Origin: an uncultured bacterium
GTDB taxonomy: Bacteria; UBP14; UBA6098; B30-G16
Direction of reading: 5' to 3'
Assembly (NCBI GenBank): GCA_965552135.1
Contig: CBEVQY010000001.1
Coordinates: 1-64,000 of the forward strand
DNA: 64,000 bases
Shown one piece after another: positions 1 through 9,796 of the stretch. The position numbers and the translations under genes were made by a program. The notes below the pieces were generated by a model. It had not been told where the DNA came from and ran no database searches. It saw only the letters and a list, made by a program, of their open reading frames with translations. Every line of letters begins with the position of its first letter. Position 1 is the stretch's first letter.

Positions 1-183
1 CACAAAGCCCATGTCCTCGAGGTCCTGCATGATGTTCCGGACCGTTGCGGGGGAGATCACACCGCCAAGCCTCTTGCTTATGGTCCGGCTGCCCACGGGT
101 CGACCCGTCTTTATGTGCTCCTCTATAAGCACCCTCAGAACCTGCTCGTAGCGCGGACCTATCTTTTCCACAACCTCCGCCAT
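1..183 (-). CDS. hrcA: Heat-inducible transcription repressor HrcA, N-terminal part (runs off window start)
   Basis: Manual translation from ATG at 183: MAEVVEKIGPRYEQVLRVLIEEHIKTGRPVGSRTISKRLGGVISPATVRNIMQDLEDMGFV. PVGSRT and SPATVRN.M.DLE are the HrcA winged-HTH signature. Not in the ORF track. Confidence 0.93.
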   Translation of the reverse strand, partial: MAEVVEKIGPRYEQVLRVLIEEHIKTGRPVGSRTISKRLGGVISPATVRNIMQDLEDMGFV

Positions 184-192
184 AGCGTTGAA

Positions 193-221
193 ATGATATC
201 TCGCAGACGTTCAAATGTCAA
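193..221 (-). promoter_or_regulatory. Sigma-70-type promoter of hrcA
   Basis: Minus strand TTGACA-N17-TATCAT, ending 9 nt before the hrcA ATG. Confidence 0.75.
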
Positions 222-353
222 GGGACATAGCGGAAAGCAAGCCTTTGGTCTGCCAGCCCATCGTCAGCCCCTTTAGAGTACCCTAATGCGAAAAGCCTTT
301 TCCGGCGACCGCGGCAGCGATATTTTTACACAGAAGGTCAAGGAGGTGGTGCG

Positions 354-1505
354 GTGCGAAGCCTTTTTTGTTCCATCTTGCTTTTGGGCGCTTGTTTTGC
401 GCTCACCGTCGACGACTTTATGCCGACGCTTGAGGCTTACATCGACGCGTTCAACTCGAAGTCGCTCGAGCCGCTTGCACCGTTCCTTTCGGAGGACTTC
501 GTCTACGGCGGGTTTGAGATGCCCCTGGCGCGCAAGGTCCTCGCGCAGGTCGTGGCGATAAACCCCTACTCCGTCGACACCGTTCTCTCCGTTGCCCTCA
601 TGCGCGGCGAGGGGGCGTTTGTCGCCGAGGTGGAGTTCGTTCTCTCGGTTGCAGCTGTGAAGGAAACGGTCACCCAGGCGTTCACGGTGGCGATGGAGGG
701 CGACACGTGCAAGCTGCTTAGCCTGAGCGTGAGGGAGCGAGTTGTTCCACCGCCTGCGCCCCAGCCGGATGTCGTTGAGCTTTCTGCGCGGCTTTTGGGC
801 GGTGTGTTGGCTGTGGAGGCTTCGGTGGGCGGCAGGCGCGGATACCTTGCGCTCCACAACGCCGCCGCAAGAACTACCCTCTTCTCCGACGCCGCGGACT
901 CCACAGCTGTGCTTCGCCTCGGCAAGCTCAAGCTCCCGTTCGACGTGGCGGAAAGGAACAGGTGCTTCCTCGATGAACGCATCTCGGGCTTTCTGGGGCG
1001 CGACGTCCTCGGAGGATACGTTGTAGCGGCTGACGGAGCACGGGGAAGGGTTTGGCTCGTTCGCGAGCTTGCCTCGGGCGAGGTCGAAGATGTTCTGGAT
1101 GGGCTCGGCTTTTCCGGGAAGCCCGTGGCGGTTGTGCCCCTCGCCGAAGGCTACCCCTTCCCGGTCGTGATGGTCGACCTGGGTCTTGGCTTCGAGGCGC
1201 CCTTCGCCTTCGACCTTGCGGCGCCAAAGCTCATCGTCTTCCCCGATTTCTTCGAAGGGATGCCGAGGGAACTTATTGACGAGGACACCGTGAAGAAAAT
1301 TCTTGCTGCCTCAGGCGGCGTTTACAAATTTGAGCGAGTGGAGGCGGGGCAGGTCCTTCGTGCTCCCTGCGTCGCCTTCGTCTCGGCGGAGGGCGTTTTC
1401 TGCGGCGCGCGCCTCCCCGAAGGGATCGCAGGCGTCGTCGGAGGCGGATTCATAGACGCAGAGAGGTTCGTGATCAAAAAGACGGAGATAGAGATATTTG
1501 ATTGA
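354..1505 (+). CDS. Secreted hypothetical protein: NTF2/SnoaL-like N-terminus plus two degenerate retropepsin-like (clan AA) domains
   Basis: AGGAGG RBS upstream; signal peptide; YIDAFNSKSLEPLAPFLSEDF; ISGFLGRDVL and IAGVVGGGFI resemble the clan AA GxLG motif. The DTGA motifs are absent. Confidence 0.6.
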   Translation: MRSLFCSILLLGACFALTVDDFMPTLEAYIDAFNSKSLEPLAPFLSEDFVYGGFEMPLARKVLAQVVAINPYSVDTVLSVALMRGEGAFVAEVEFVLSVAAVKETVTQAFTVAMEGDTCKLLSLSVRERVVPPPAPQPDVVELSARLLGGVLAVEASVGGRRGYLALHNAAARTTLFSDAADSTAVLRLGKLKLPFDVAERNRCFLDERISGFLGRDVLGGYVVAADGARGRVWLVRELASGEVEDVLDGLGFSGKPVAVVPLAEGYPFPVVMVDLGLGFEAPFAFDLAAPKLIVFPDFFEGMPRELIDEDTVKKILAASGGVYKFERVEAGQVLRAPCVAFVSAEGVFCGARLPEGIAGVVGGGFIDAERFVIKKTEIEIFD

Positions 1506-1521
1506 CCTCGGAGGGCGAAGG

Positions 1522-4155
1522 ATGCGCTCGGAGGAGGTACGAAAAGCCTTTCTGGATTTTTTCGCCCGTCGCGGGCACACGGTGGTGCCGTCGTCTCCCG
1601 TGGTTCCAATAGATGACCCAACGCTTCTTTTCACGAACGCCGGGATGAACCAGTTTAAGGACATCTTTTTGGGCAAGGTTGCGTGTCCGTACGATCCGCC
1701 GCGTGCGGCTTCGGTGCAGAAGTGCATTCGCGTTTCGGGCAAGCACAACGACCTCGAGCAGGTCGGCGCCGACGGATATCACCACACATTCTTCGAGATG
1801 CTCGGGAACTGGTCGTTCGGCGAGTACTTCAAGCGCGAGGCGATCCTTTGGGCGTGGGAGCTTTTGACCGAAGTCTACGGGATCCCCTCCGAGCGCCTCT
1901 GGGCGGCGGTCTACGAGGAGGACGACGAGGCATACGAGATCTGGGTGAGGGATGTGGGACTTCCCGCGCACAAGGTCGTTCGTTGTGGCGTGGAGCACAA
2001 CTTCTGGGAGATGGCCGACACAGGTCCCTGCGGACCGACCACCGAGATCCACTACGACTGGGGCGAGCAGCTTGACCCCGACGGGTTGCCAAACTCGTCG
2101 GAGCGGTTCGTCGAGGTTTGGAACATTGTCTTTATGCAGTATTTCCGCGACGAGCGCGGCGAGCTCCATCCCCTCCCAGCCAAAAACGTCGACACGGGCA
2201 TGGGCTTCGAGCGCCTGGTTGCTATACTTCAGGGCACGCAGGACAACTACGAGACCGATATCTTCGCCCCCCTCATCGACCGCATAGCCGACATAAGCGG
2301 CAGGGACTACTCCGACGCCGAATCGAAGTTTGCGTTTAGGGTTCTTGCTGATCACACGAGGGCGCTTGCCTTCGCCATAGCCGACGGCGCCCTGCCCGGC
2401 AACACTGGTCGTGGCTACGTTCTGCGCAGGATCCTGCGGCGCGCGGCGAGGTTCTCGAGGAAGCTCGGCGTCCAAAACCCCATCCTCTGGAGGCTTGTGC
2501 CGCCCCTAGTGGACAAGATGGGCGACGTCTACCCCGAGCTCCGCCACAGAGCAGACCTCATCGCGCAGGTGATAAAGTCGGAGGAGGAGCGCTTCGGGAA
2601 GACCCTCGACTTCGGCATCGAGCTTTTCGAGCGCGTCGCCGAGAGGGTGATCTCGCAGGGGGAAAGCGTCATCCCGGGCGAAGACGTCTTCAAGCTCTAC
2701 GACACCTACGGCTTCCCCGTTGACCTCACGCAGCTTATGGCCGCGGAGCGTGGTCTTTCGATAGACGTTGCCGGCTTCGAGCGTCTGATGGCGGAGCAGA
2801 GGGAGCGCGCCCGAAGTAGCGCAACCTTCGAGGTTGTCCACAAAAGGCGGGGCGAATGGGAGGTTGTAACCGAGGGCGAAGACAGCAAAAGGCTCTGCTA
2901 CGAGACGGAGGTCTGCGAAGCCGACGTTCGCCTCGTCAGGGTTTGCGGCGAGGGCTGCGTGGAGCTTGTTCTTTCGCAGACGCCGTTCTACGCCGAGGCA
3001 GGAGGTCAGGTCGGCGATACGGGCACGATACGGGGCGATGGGTTCGCTCTGCCGGTGTGCGACACGCAGTGGGAGGGAGAGCACATCGTTCACCGCTGCG
3101 AGGGTGTCGACCGCCCACAGCGGGTCGTTTCGCAGCTGCGTCGCAACCCGCGTGTTGTCGCCGAAGTCGACCACGAAAGGCGAGCGGCGATACGCCGAAA
3201 CCACACCGCAACGCACATTCTCCACAAAGCCCTCAGAACCGTTCTGGGCGAGCACGCAAGGCAGGCAGGCTCGCTCGTTGCGCCCGACAGGCTCAGGTTC
3301 GACTACACGCACTTCGAGGCGCCAACGCCCGAGCAGCTCGCCGAAATCGAAGCCATCGCAAACGACGTCATCCGCCGAAACATCCCAGTTAAAACCGAGG
3401 TATTGCCCTACAGGGAGGCTATTGCCCGGGGTGCCATCGCCCTCTTCGGCGAGAAATACGGCGATGTGGTGCGGATGGTCAGCATCGGCGACTTCTCGAG
3501 GGAGCTTTGCGGGGGGACGCACGTTGGAGGAACAGGCGAGATCGGGCTCTTCCTCATAACGAGGGAGGAGAGCATAGGCTCTGGGATGAGGCGCATCGAG
3601 GCGTTAACCGGTGAAGGCGCGTTCAACTACGTTCAGGGGCTTCGCCGCCGGTGGCGCAGGCTCGAGGAGGAGCTTGGCTCCACGGGCGATGCGGTTTTCG
3701 AGAGGCTGCACAGGCTGAGGCGCGAGCTTGAGGAGCTCAGGCGCAGCTTCGAGAAGCTCGGCGATATGCGCGCCAAGCGCACCGCGGAGACCCTGCTCCA
3801 AAGCGCCGCCGCAGTCGGAGATGGAAAGCTTATCGTGGCGGAGGTATCCGCCGAGAACCGCAACGAGCTTATGGCTGTGATGGATGAGCTTGAGCGCTTG
3901 GTTCCCTCGGGTGTGATTCTGCTTGGCGCCAGGCTCTCCGACGGCAAGGTCGGCTTCGTCTGCCGGGTGACGCCCGACTTCGTGAGGAAGCACGGCATAA
4001 ACGCCGGCGACCTTGTCAGGCGCGTCGCCCAGATCACCGGCGGTGGCGGCGGCGGAAGAGCCGACTTCGCTCAGGCCGGTGGAACCAAGCCCGATATGCT
4101 CGGCGAGGCGCTCGAGTTCGCCAAAAAGCACATCGCCCACCAGATGACTAAGTAA
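1522..4155 (+). CDS. alaS: Alanine--tRNA ligase
   Basis: DPTLLFTNAGMNQFK, HHTFFEMLGNWSFG, DTGMGFER, NHTATHIL, ELCGGTH, GGGGGRADFAQAGG. ATG at 1522 follows GGAGG. Confidence 0.98.
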   Translation: MRSEEVRKAFLDFFARRGHTVVPSSPVVPIDDPTLLFTNAGMNQFKDIFLGKVACPYDPPRAASVQKCIRVSGKHNDLEQVGADGYHHTFFEMLGNWSFGEYFKREAILWAWELLTEVYGIPSERLWAAVYEEDDEAYEIWVRDVGLPAHKVVRCGVEHNFWEMADTGPCGPTTEIHYDWGEQLDPDGLPNSSERFVEVWNIVFMQYFRDERGELHPLPAKNVDTGMGFERLVAILQGTQDNYETDIFAPLIDRIADISGRDYSDAESKFAFRVLADHTRALAFAIADGALPGNTGRGYVLRRILRRAARFSRKLGVQNPILWRLVPPLVDKMGDVYPELRHRADLIAQVIKSEEERFGKTLDFGIELFERVAERVISQGESVIPGEDVFKLYDTYGFPVDLTQLMAAERGLSIDVAGFERLMAEQRERARSSATFEVVHKRRGEWEVVTEGEDSKRLCYETEVCEADVRLVRVCGEGCVELVLSQTPFYAEAGGQVGDTGTIRGDGFALPVCDTQWEGEHIVHRCEGVDRPQRVVSQLRRNPRVVAEVDHERRAAIRRNHTATHILHKALRTVLGEHARQAGSLVAPDRLRFDYTHFEAPTPEQLAEIEAIANDVIRRNIPVKTEVLPYREAIARGAIALFGEKYGDVVRMVSIGDFSRELCGGTHVGGTGEIGLFLITREESIGSGMRRIEALTGEGAFNYVQGLRRRWRRLEEELGSTGDAVFERLHRLRRELEELRRSFEKLGDMRAKRTAETLLQSAAAVGDGKLIVAEVSAENRNELMAVMDELERLVPSGVILLGARLSDGKVGFVCRVTPDFVRKHGINAGDLVRRVAQITGGGGGGRADFAQAGGTKPDMLGEALEFAKKHIAHQMTK

Positions 4156-4219
4156 CCCCCGCACAGCGCCCTCAGTCGGCGCCGTAGCTGCCCTGAGAGC
4201 ACGCCAGCGGCGATTGGAG

Positions 4220-5542
4220 CTAAAGAGTTGGCAGGTATTCGCGGAGCTCGTAGTCGGTGACCTGAACCCTGTACCTCTCCCACTCGGCGCGCTTGTTGGC
4301 GATGTACTTGGGGAAGAGCTCCTCGCCCAAAATCCTTCGGCACAGCTCGCTCTTCTCCATCTCGAGGACGGCGGCGTACAGCGAGTCGGGGAGCGACTCT
4401 ATGCCACGTTCGTCGCGCTCGCGCTGCGAAAGCTCGTAGATGTCTATCTCCACGGGGTCGGGGAGGTCGTAGCCTTTTTTTATCCCCTCGAGTCCCGCCA
4501 AAAGCATCGCCGCAAAGCACAGGTAGGGGTTGCAAGCGGGGTCGGGTGCTCGGTATTCGATCCTGCACGACTCGGAGTGATACGGCTTAAACGCCGGAAC
4601 GCGCACCAGAGCTGATCTGTTGCGGCGACCCCAGCTTATGTACGCGGGCGCCTCGTATCCGGGAACAAGGCGCTTGTACGAATTGACCCACTGATTCGTT
4701 ATCCCGGTTATCTCCTTGGCGTGTCTCAAAAGACCTGCGATGAACCTTTTGCCCACATCGGAGAGGTTGTAGGGGTCGGTTTCGCTGTAGAAGGCGTTGC
4801 CGCCCTCCGCAAAAAGCGACTGGTGGACGTGGAGCCCGCTGCCGTTTTGACCGAATATCGGCTTCGGCATAAACGAGGCAAAAAGCCCGTGCTTGCGCGC
4901 AACCTCCTTTATCACCACCTTCGCGAGCTGGAGCTTGTCGGCTATTGTGAGGGCGTTGTCGTAGCGGAAGTCGAGTTCGTGCTGGCTTTTGGCAACCTCG
5001 TGATGGCTCACCTCAACGTCGATGCCGAGTTCACGCAAAAGCATAAAAGTCTCCTTGCGGGCAAAAGCCGCCTTATCGATGGGGAGCACATCGAAATATC
5101 CAACGCTGTCGAGGGGCTCGGGAACAATCTCGCCCGGAAAGTAAAAGTACTCAAGCTCCGGACCGACGTAGTAGTTGGTGAACCCCTCCTTTTTTGCCTG
5201 CTCAAGGGCTTGCCTTAGAACGTATCTGGGGTCGGATTTGAAGGGTGAGCCGTCGGGGTGGAGGATATCGCATATCATCACAGCCGTCCTAACGCCGCCG
5301 AACTGCTCGGGCAGCACCATAAAGGTTTGGGGGTCGGGTCTTGCCAAAAGGTCGCTTTCCTCTATGCGGACAAACCCCTCGACCGATGAACCATCGAAGC
5401 CTATGCCCTCATCGAGAGCTCTGGGGAGGTCCTCTACGCGGAGAGAAAAGCCCTTGAGGCGCCCGAGGATATCGGTGAACCAAAGCCTTATGATCTCTAT
5501 CCCCTCGTTTCTGACAGAAGCTATCACGGCGTCTCTGTTCAT
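4220..5542 (-). CDS. glnA: Glutamine synthetase type I
   Basis: FDGSSVEGFVRIEESD, HHEVA, FMPKP..GQNGSGLHVHQS, NSYKRLVPGYEAP, NRSALVRVP, RIEYRAPDPACNPYL. Confidence 0.96.
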   Translation of the reverse strand: MNRDAVIASVRNEGIEIIRLWFTDILGRLKGFSLRVEDLPRALDEGIGFDGSSVEGFVRIEESDLLARPDPQTFMVLPEQFGGVRTAVMICDILHPDGSPFKSDPRYVLRQALEQAKKEGFTNYYVGPELEYFYFPGEIVPEPLDSVGYFDVLPIDKAAFARKETFMLLRELGIDVEVSHHEVAKSQHELDFRYDNALTIADKLQLAKVVIKEVARKHGLFASFMPKPIFGQNGSGLHVHQSLFAEGGNAFYSETDPYNLSDVGKRFIAGLLRHAKEITGITNQWVNSYKRLVPGYEAPAYISWGRRNRSALVRVPAFKPYHSESCRIEYRAPDPACNPYLCFAAMLLAGLEGIKKGYDLPDPVEIDIYELSQRERDERGIESLPDSLYAAVLEMEKSELCRRILGEELFPKYIANKRAEWERYRVQVTDYELREYLPTL

Positions 5543-5558
5543 CTTTTTCCTCCCGGGA

Positions 5559-6332
5559 TCACAGGTTCGAAAGTTGTTCGATAAAGCCTTCGGTTGTGGC
5601 TTCCACGAAGTCGCTGTACGACGGGCGCGTGTTCACAAGCTCGGCGATGCAGGTGCTGTGTTCCTCAAGCTGTCGGCGTATTTCGTCGCCCCTGCCGCGG
5701 ACGAAGTCGGCAAGCCTCCGGTACTGCTGCCCCACAAGGACGGACCCCTGCTGAAGCACAGCCCCCTTCACCCGCCTCTGGGCGCTGCCAACAAGCTTCT
5801 TCCCGTTCGCCAAAAGCTCGTACCGCGCCGCGGAGGAAAAGCAGGAGGGATTGCGCAAGAGGTTCCCCCTCTCCTTCTTCGCGAGCGTTGCGTTTATCCC
5901 CAGCCTGCGCAAACCGCGGACAAGACAAAGGCTTATGACGTTACAGGTCTGAACCACAGGAAGCCTTGCGAGCGGATGGGACGGCGGGAGAGTCACGGAG
6001 TAGGTGAATTCGTCGTGGTGAAGGATCGCTCTGCCGCCCGTGGGTCTGCGGACGATATCTATCCCCTCACGGCGGCACTTAGCCTCGTCGATGTCCTCTG
6101 CGGATTGATTGTAGCCTATCGATATAGCCGGCGGGTTCCACAAGAAGAACCGCAGCACGGGCTTTGCCTCGGGTTCGGATGCAGCCCACCCGAGGAGCGA
6201 CCAGTCGCGGCGCATGTTTTCCTCGCCGGGGAGGTGCGGGTCGACCAGGATAAGCCATCGCCAGCCGCCGATCTCCACCTCGCGCGCCACCTCAAGGAAG
6301 GGCGGCGCACCATAAGGAAGGGGGGCGCTCAT
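5559..6332 (-). CDS. Lipoate-protein ligase / octanoyltransferase (LipM/LplA family)
   Basis: VRRPTGGRAILH, CF..ARYEL, GKKLVGSAQRR. ATG at 6332 overlaps the upstream stop and follows GGAGGGG. Confidence 0.88.
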   Translation of the reverse strand: MSAPLPYGAPPFLEVAREVEIGGWRWLILVDPHLPGEENMRRDWSLLGWAASEPEAKPVLRFFLWNPPAISIGYNQSAEDIDEAKCRREGIDIVRRPTGGRAILHHDEFTYSVTLPPSHPLARLPVVQTCNVISLCLVRGLRRLGINATLAKKERGNLLRNPSCFSSAARYELLANGKKLVGSAQRRVKGAVLQQGSVLVGQQYRRLADFVRGRGDEIRRQLEEHSTCIAELVNTRPSYSDFVEATTEGFIEQLSNL

Positions 6333-6688
6333 TTCCCCTCCTTGGAGCTTTTGGGGGACTTGCCGGATTCCAGGGAACTCCCCTTGTCGAGCTCCTCGAG
6401 GCGCTTGACGATGCGCTCCCACACGTCCGTCCACTTCTCGGGCTTTGAGTCCATCATCTTGCGGAACGCGTCGAACTGCTCGCGCGTTACGCCGTGCTCC
6501 TCGAACACCGAGTCCTGCGCTGCGGCGAGTTTGGCGCTGTCGTCGAGGAACTGCTCGGCAACAAGGGCAAGATCAACGTAAAGCGAGACGAACTGGTCGA
6601 CGCTAAGCGCTTTGGTCGTGTCCTTTGGGGCTGCAGCTGCACAGACGACCAAAATAAGAACCGCCGCAGGCATCCTCCCCAGGCTCAT
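6329..6688 (-). CDS. Small exported helical protein (DUF4296-like)
   Basis: Signal peptide; LYVDLAL..DSVFEEHGVTREQF..PEKW.DVW pattern; GGAGG RBS. Confidence 0.6.
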   Translation of the reverse strand: MSLGRMPAAVLILVVCAAAAPKDTTKALSVDQFVSLYVDLALVAEQFLDDSAKLAAAQDSVFEEHGVTREQFDAFRKMMDSKPEKWTDVWERIVKRLEELDKGSSLESGKSPKSSKEGK

Positions 6689-6709
6689 CTTAAAACCTCC
6701 TGCCCAAAG

Positions 6710-7444
6710 TCACCTTCGAAGGCTTTCGAGTATATCGCGGGCTTTTTGCTTGTGCGGTTTGTTTGCGGGAAGATCAGGCGCCTCAATTGCTTTTTCGAGT
6801 GCGCCTTTTGCGCGGGCGGTATCGCCCACGAAAAGGCTTTGTTTGGCAAGCTCAAGCCAGAAAAGCGCCGACTGCGGCTCAAGCTCCGCCGCGCGGGCGA
6901 ACCCGGGCAGCGCAAGATCAACCGAGGCATCGCCCAAGCCGTAGGGCTTGCGACGCAGGAGCGATACCTTGCCGACCTCGCGATGCCATATGCCGTAGAG
7001 GAAGTAAGCCTCTGCGCAGGAGGAGTCGAGGGAGAGGGCGTAGTCGAGCTCCTCCTTTATCCTGCCTGCGAGCGAGAGGTTGTTCCAGTCGGGTCGAAGG
7101 AGCCCCATAAAGGTCAGGTTCCAGGCGAGCTCCGCGTGGATTTTGGGCTCCTTGGGCTCCTCGGCGAGGGCGCGCGTCAGGTATTCGTTCGCCACCTTAA
7201 ACGTGTCGACGCGGGCTTTGTCCTGGGGGATGTCCATCGCTATCCTGTTCAGCGCGGCGCCCACACGCCAGAGGACGTTGGGGTCATCCGGCGCAAGCTC
7301 TTCGGCTCTGCGGTAGCTTTTGAGCGCATCGACGTACTCGCCCCTGCGGAAAAAGTGATCACCGACCCTGAGGAGGTCCTTGACCGAATCGGCGAAAAGA
7401 AGCGCCCCAAAAGCGAAAACGGTGGCAAAAAGCGCCCTCTTCAT
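6710..7444 (-). CDS. Exported tetratricopeptide-repeat protein
   Basis: Signal peptide MKRALFATVFAFG; TPR patterns (ALKSYRRAEELAPDDPNVLWRVG; LDYALSLDSSCAEAYFLYG). Confidence 0.8.
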   Translation of the reverse strand: MKRALFATVFAFGALLFADSVKDLLRVGDHFFRRGEYVDALKSYRRAEELAPDDPNVLWRVGAALNRIAMDIPQDKARVDTFKVANEYLTRALAEEPKEPKIHAELAWNLTFMGLLRPDWNNLSLAGRIKEELDYALSLDSSCAEAYFLYGIWHREVGKVSLLRRKPYGLGDASVDLALPGFARAAELEPQSALFWLELAKQSLFVGDTARAKGALEKAIEAPDLPANKPHKQKARDILESLRR

Positions 7445-7471
7445 ACTCACCCCCGCCAAGACTACGCAAGA

Positions 7472-7499
7472 AATTTAGCTCCAAAGGCGTTGTTGTCAA
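7472..7499 (-). promoter_or_regulatory. Candidate sigma-70 promoter for the TPR-lipoate ligase-glnA run
   Basis: Minus strand TTGACA-N16-TAAATT. Confidence 0.5.
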
Positions 7500-7531
7500 G
7501 CGGCGTTTGTCGGCGCAAAGCGGAAAAAGAC

Positions 7532-7560
7532 TTGCAGCAGCGCAACTTCATCGGTATCTT
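7532..7560 (+). promoter_or_regulatory. Candidate sigma-70 promoter for the nucleotidyltransferase-metK operon
   Basis: TTGCAG-N17-TATCTT upstream of a GGAGG RBS. Confidence 0.45.
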
Positions 7561-7583
7561 GAGGCGTAACCGGAGGGCTTGCG

Positions 7584-8564
7584 ATGAAGGCGATCATACC
7601 CGTTGCTGGAGTGGGTGAGAGGCTTAAGCCCTTTACTCATACCACCCCAAAGCCTCTTCTTTCGATGGCAGGCAAGCCCATCCTGGCTCACATAATCGAC
7701 AGGCTCCTGCCGCAGGGCGTTGATGAGCTTGTGCTTGTGGTCGGGTATCTGGGCGAGCGGATAGAGGAGTTCGTTCGCAAAAGGTATGACCTGCCGATCC
7801 ACATCGTTTGGCAGGATAGGCTTTTGGGGCTTGGGTATGCGGTTTACGTAGCTCTTGGGCGCGTGGCCGACGACGAGCCCTTTTTGGTCATCCTGGGCGA
7901 TACGATAATCGAGGCTGATCTTTCGCGTGTCATCGGCTCGCGCAAGAACATAATCGGCATAACCCGCGTCGACGACCCCAGGCGCTTCGGCGTTGTGGAG
8001 CTTTCCGGCACGCGCATCATAGGGATGGAGGAGAAGCCCGCCAAGCCGAAGAGCAACTGGGTGATCGCTGGGGTATATCACTTCGGCGAGGCGCGCAAGC
8101 TGCGGGAAGCGCTCGAGTACGTGATAGAAAACGACATCCGCACGAGGGGCGAGATACAGCTCACCGACGCCCTCGCGAGGATGCTTGAGGACGGCGTCGT
8201 CTTCGAGGGGCTCGTGATCGACGGCTGGTACGACTGCGGCAAGCCCGAAACGCTGCTTCAAACACACCGACACCTCCTCGAGCACCACGGGAACATAACG
8301 GAGCTTTCGGGCAGCATCGTCATCCCGCCCGTGTACGTTGCCGCAAGCGCCGTTGTCGAGTCGTGCGTTTTGGGACCGTACGTCTCCGTTGGCGAGGGGG
8401 CGAAGATAAGGCGCTCGATCATCCGCGACTCCATAGTCGGCGACGGAGCCACCCTCTGCAACTGCATCCTCGAAAACTCCATCATAGGCAACGACGCCGC
8501 TTTCTACGACAGACCTCACAGGCTCAACCTCGGCGACTCATCCAGGGTTGAGCTCGAGTGGTAG
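7584..8564 (+). CDS. Sugar-phosphate nucleotidyltransferase (glucose-1-phosphate thymidylyltransferase-like, long form with beta-helix tail)
   Basis: [49 protein letters not shown]-terminal hexapeptide-like repeats. Confidence 0.88.
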   Translation: MKAIIPVAGVGERLKPFTHTTPKPLLSMAGKPILAHIIDRLLPQGVDELVLVVGYLGERIEEFVRKRYDLPIHIVWQDRLLGLGYAVYVALGRVADDEPFLVILGDTIIEADLSRVIGSRKNIIGITRVDDPRRFGVVELSGTRIIGMEEKPAKPKSNWVIAGVYHFGEARKLREALEYVIENDIRTRGEIQLTDALARMLEDGVVFEGLVIDGWYDCGKPETLLQTHRHLLEHHGNITELSGSIVIPPVYVAASAVVESCVLGPYVSVGEGAKIRRSIIRDSIVGDGATLCNCILENSIIGNDAAFYDRPHRLNLGDSSRVELEW

Positions 8565-8598
8565 TGAGGGCTCGAAAACCTCAGATGAGGAGGACGCG

Positions 8599-9747
8599 AT
8601 GACTCAGCAGAAGGGCAGATATCTTTTCACCTCCGAGAGCGTGACGGAGGGGCACCCCGACAAGATTTGCGATCAGATCTCGGACGCCGTTTTGGACGCG
8701 ATAATCGCCGACGACCCAAAGGGGCGCGTGGCGTGTGAGGTATTCGTCACCACGGGGCTTGTGCTCGTGGGCGGTGAGATAACGACGAAAACCTACGTCG
8801 ATATCCCGACCATCGCGCGCAACGTCATAAGGGACATCGGATACACCGACCCACACTGCCGCTTCCACTGGGAGAACGTCGCCGTCATAACGACCATCGA
8901 CCAGCAGTCGCCGGATATCGCCCTCGGCGTCGACAGAGAGGGCGCGGGGGATCAGGGAATAATGTTCGGCTACGCCTGCACCGAAACGCCCGAGCTTATG
9001 CCAATGCCGATCCACCTTGCCCACAGGCTCGCCATGCGCCTGGCGGAGGTGCGGAAGGAGGGGATTCTCGACTGGATCAGACCCGACGGCAAAACGCAGG
9101 TCACGGTTGAGTACGAAGACGGCGTTCCCAAGAAGGTCGACGCCGTGGTCGTGTCGACCCAGCATCACCCCGACGTCTCGCTAAAGCAGATAGAACAGGA
9201 CGTCATCGAGCAGGTGATAGAGAAGGTCATTCCTGCCCACATGCTCACCGAGCAGACGAAGTTTTACATAAACCCAACGGGCAGGTTTGTGATAGGCGGA
9301 CCCGTTGCCGACACGGGTCTTACGGGGCGCAAGACCGTGGTCGACACCTACGGCGGCTATGCGCACAACGGGGGTGGGTGCTTTTCCGGCAAGGACCCCA
9401 CCAAGGTCGACCGCTCCGCGTCGTATATGGCGCGCTACATAGCCAAAAACCTCGTCGCCGCGGGTTTCGCCGAACGGTGCGAGGTCCAGCTCTCGTACGC
9501 AATCGGCGTGGCGGAGCCGATATCGATATTCGTCGATACCTACGGCACGGGCAAGCTCCCCGAGGAGGAGCTGGAGAGGATCATACGCGAGAACTTCCCC
9601 CTAACGCCGCGGGGGATGATAGAGCACCTCGACCTCCTGCGCCCAATATACCTTAAAACCGCCGTCTACGGGCACTTCGGGAGGGAGCTTCCCGAGTTCA
9701 CCTGGGAGCGGCTCGACAAGGTCGAAGAGCTTAAGAAGTATCTGTAG
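8599..9747 (+). CDS. metK: S-adenosylmethionine synthetase
   Basis: [60 protein letters not shown] at 8599 follows GAGGAGG. Confidence 0.98.
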   Translation: MTQQKGRYLFTSESVTEGHPDKICDQISDAVLDAIIADDPKGRVACEVFVTTGLVLVGGEITTKTYVDIPTIARNVIRDIGYTDPHCRFHWENVAVITTIDQQSPDIALGVDREGAGDQGIMFGYACTETPELMPMPIHLAHRLAMRLAEVRKEGILDWIRPDGKTQVTVEYEDGVPKKVDAVVVSTQHHPDVSLKQIEQDVIEQVIEKVIPAHMLTEQTKFYINPTGRFVIGGPVADTGLTGRKTVVDTYGGYAHNGGGCFSGKDPTKVDRSASYMARYIAKNLVAAGFAERCEVQLSYAIGVAEPISIFVDTYGTGKLPEEELERIIRENFPLTPRGMIEHLDLLRPIYLKTAVYGHFGRELPEFTWERLDKVEELKKYL

Positions 9748-9796
9748 CTTTGCCCGCTTTTGGCGGTCCTTCTGCCACAAGCCCGGCGGCTTTTCG

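Noticed and set aside
184..353. CIRCE element upstream of hrcA
   Set aside because: No TTAGCACTC-N9-GAGTGCTAA is present. The only palindrome has a 6-nt spacer and is reported separately.
9748..9796. Intrinsic terminator between convergent metK and uvrA
   Set aside because: Only short hairpins (for example CCGC-TTTTG-GCGG) are present, without a convincing U-tract, so it is too weak to call.
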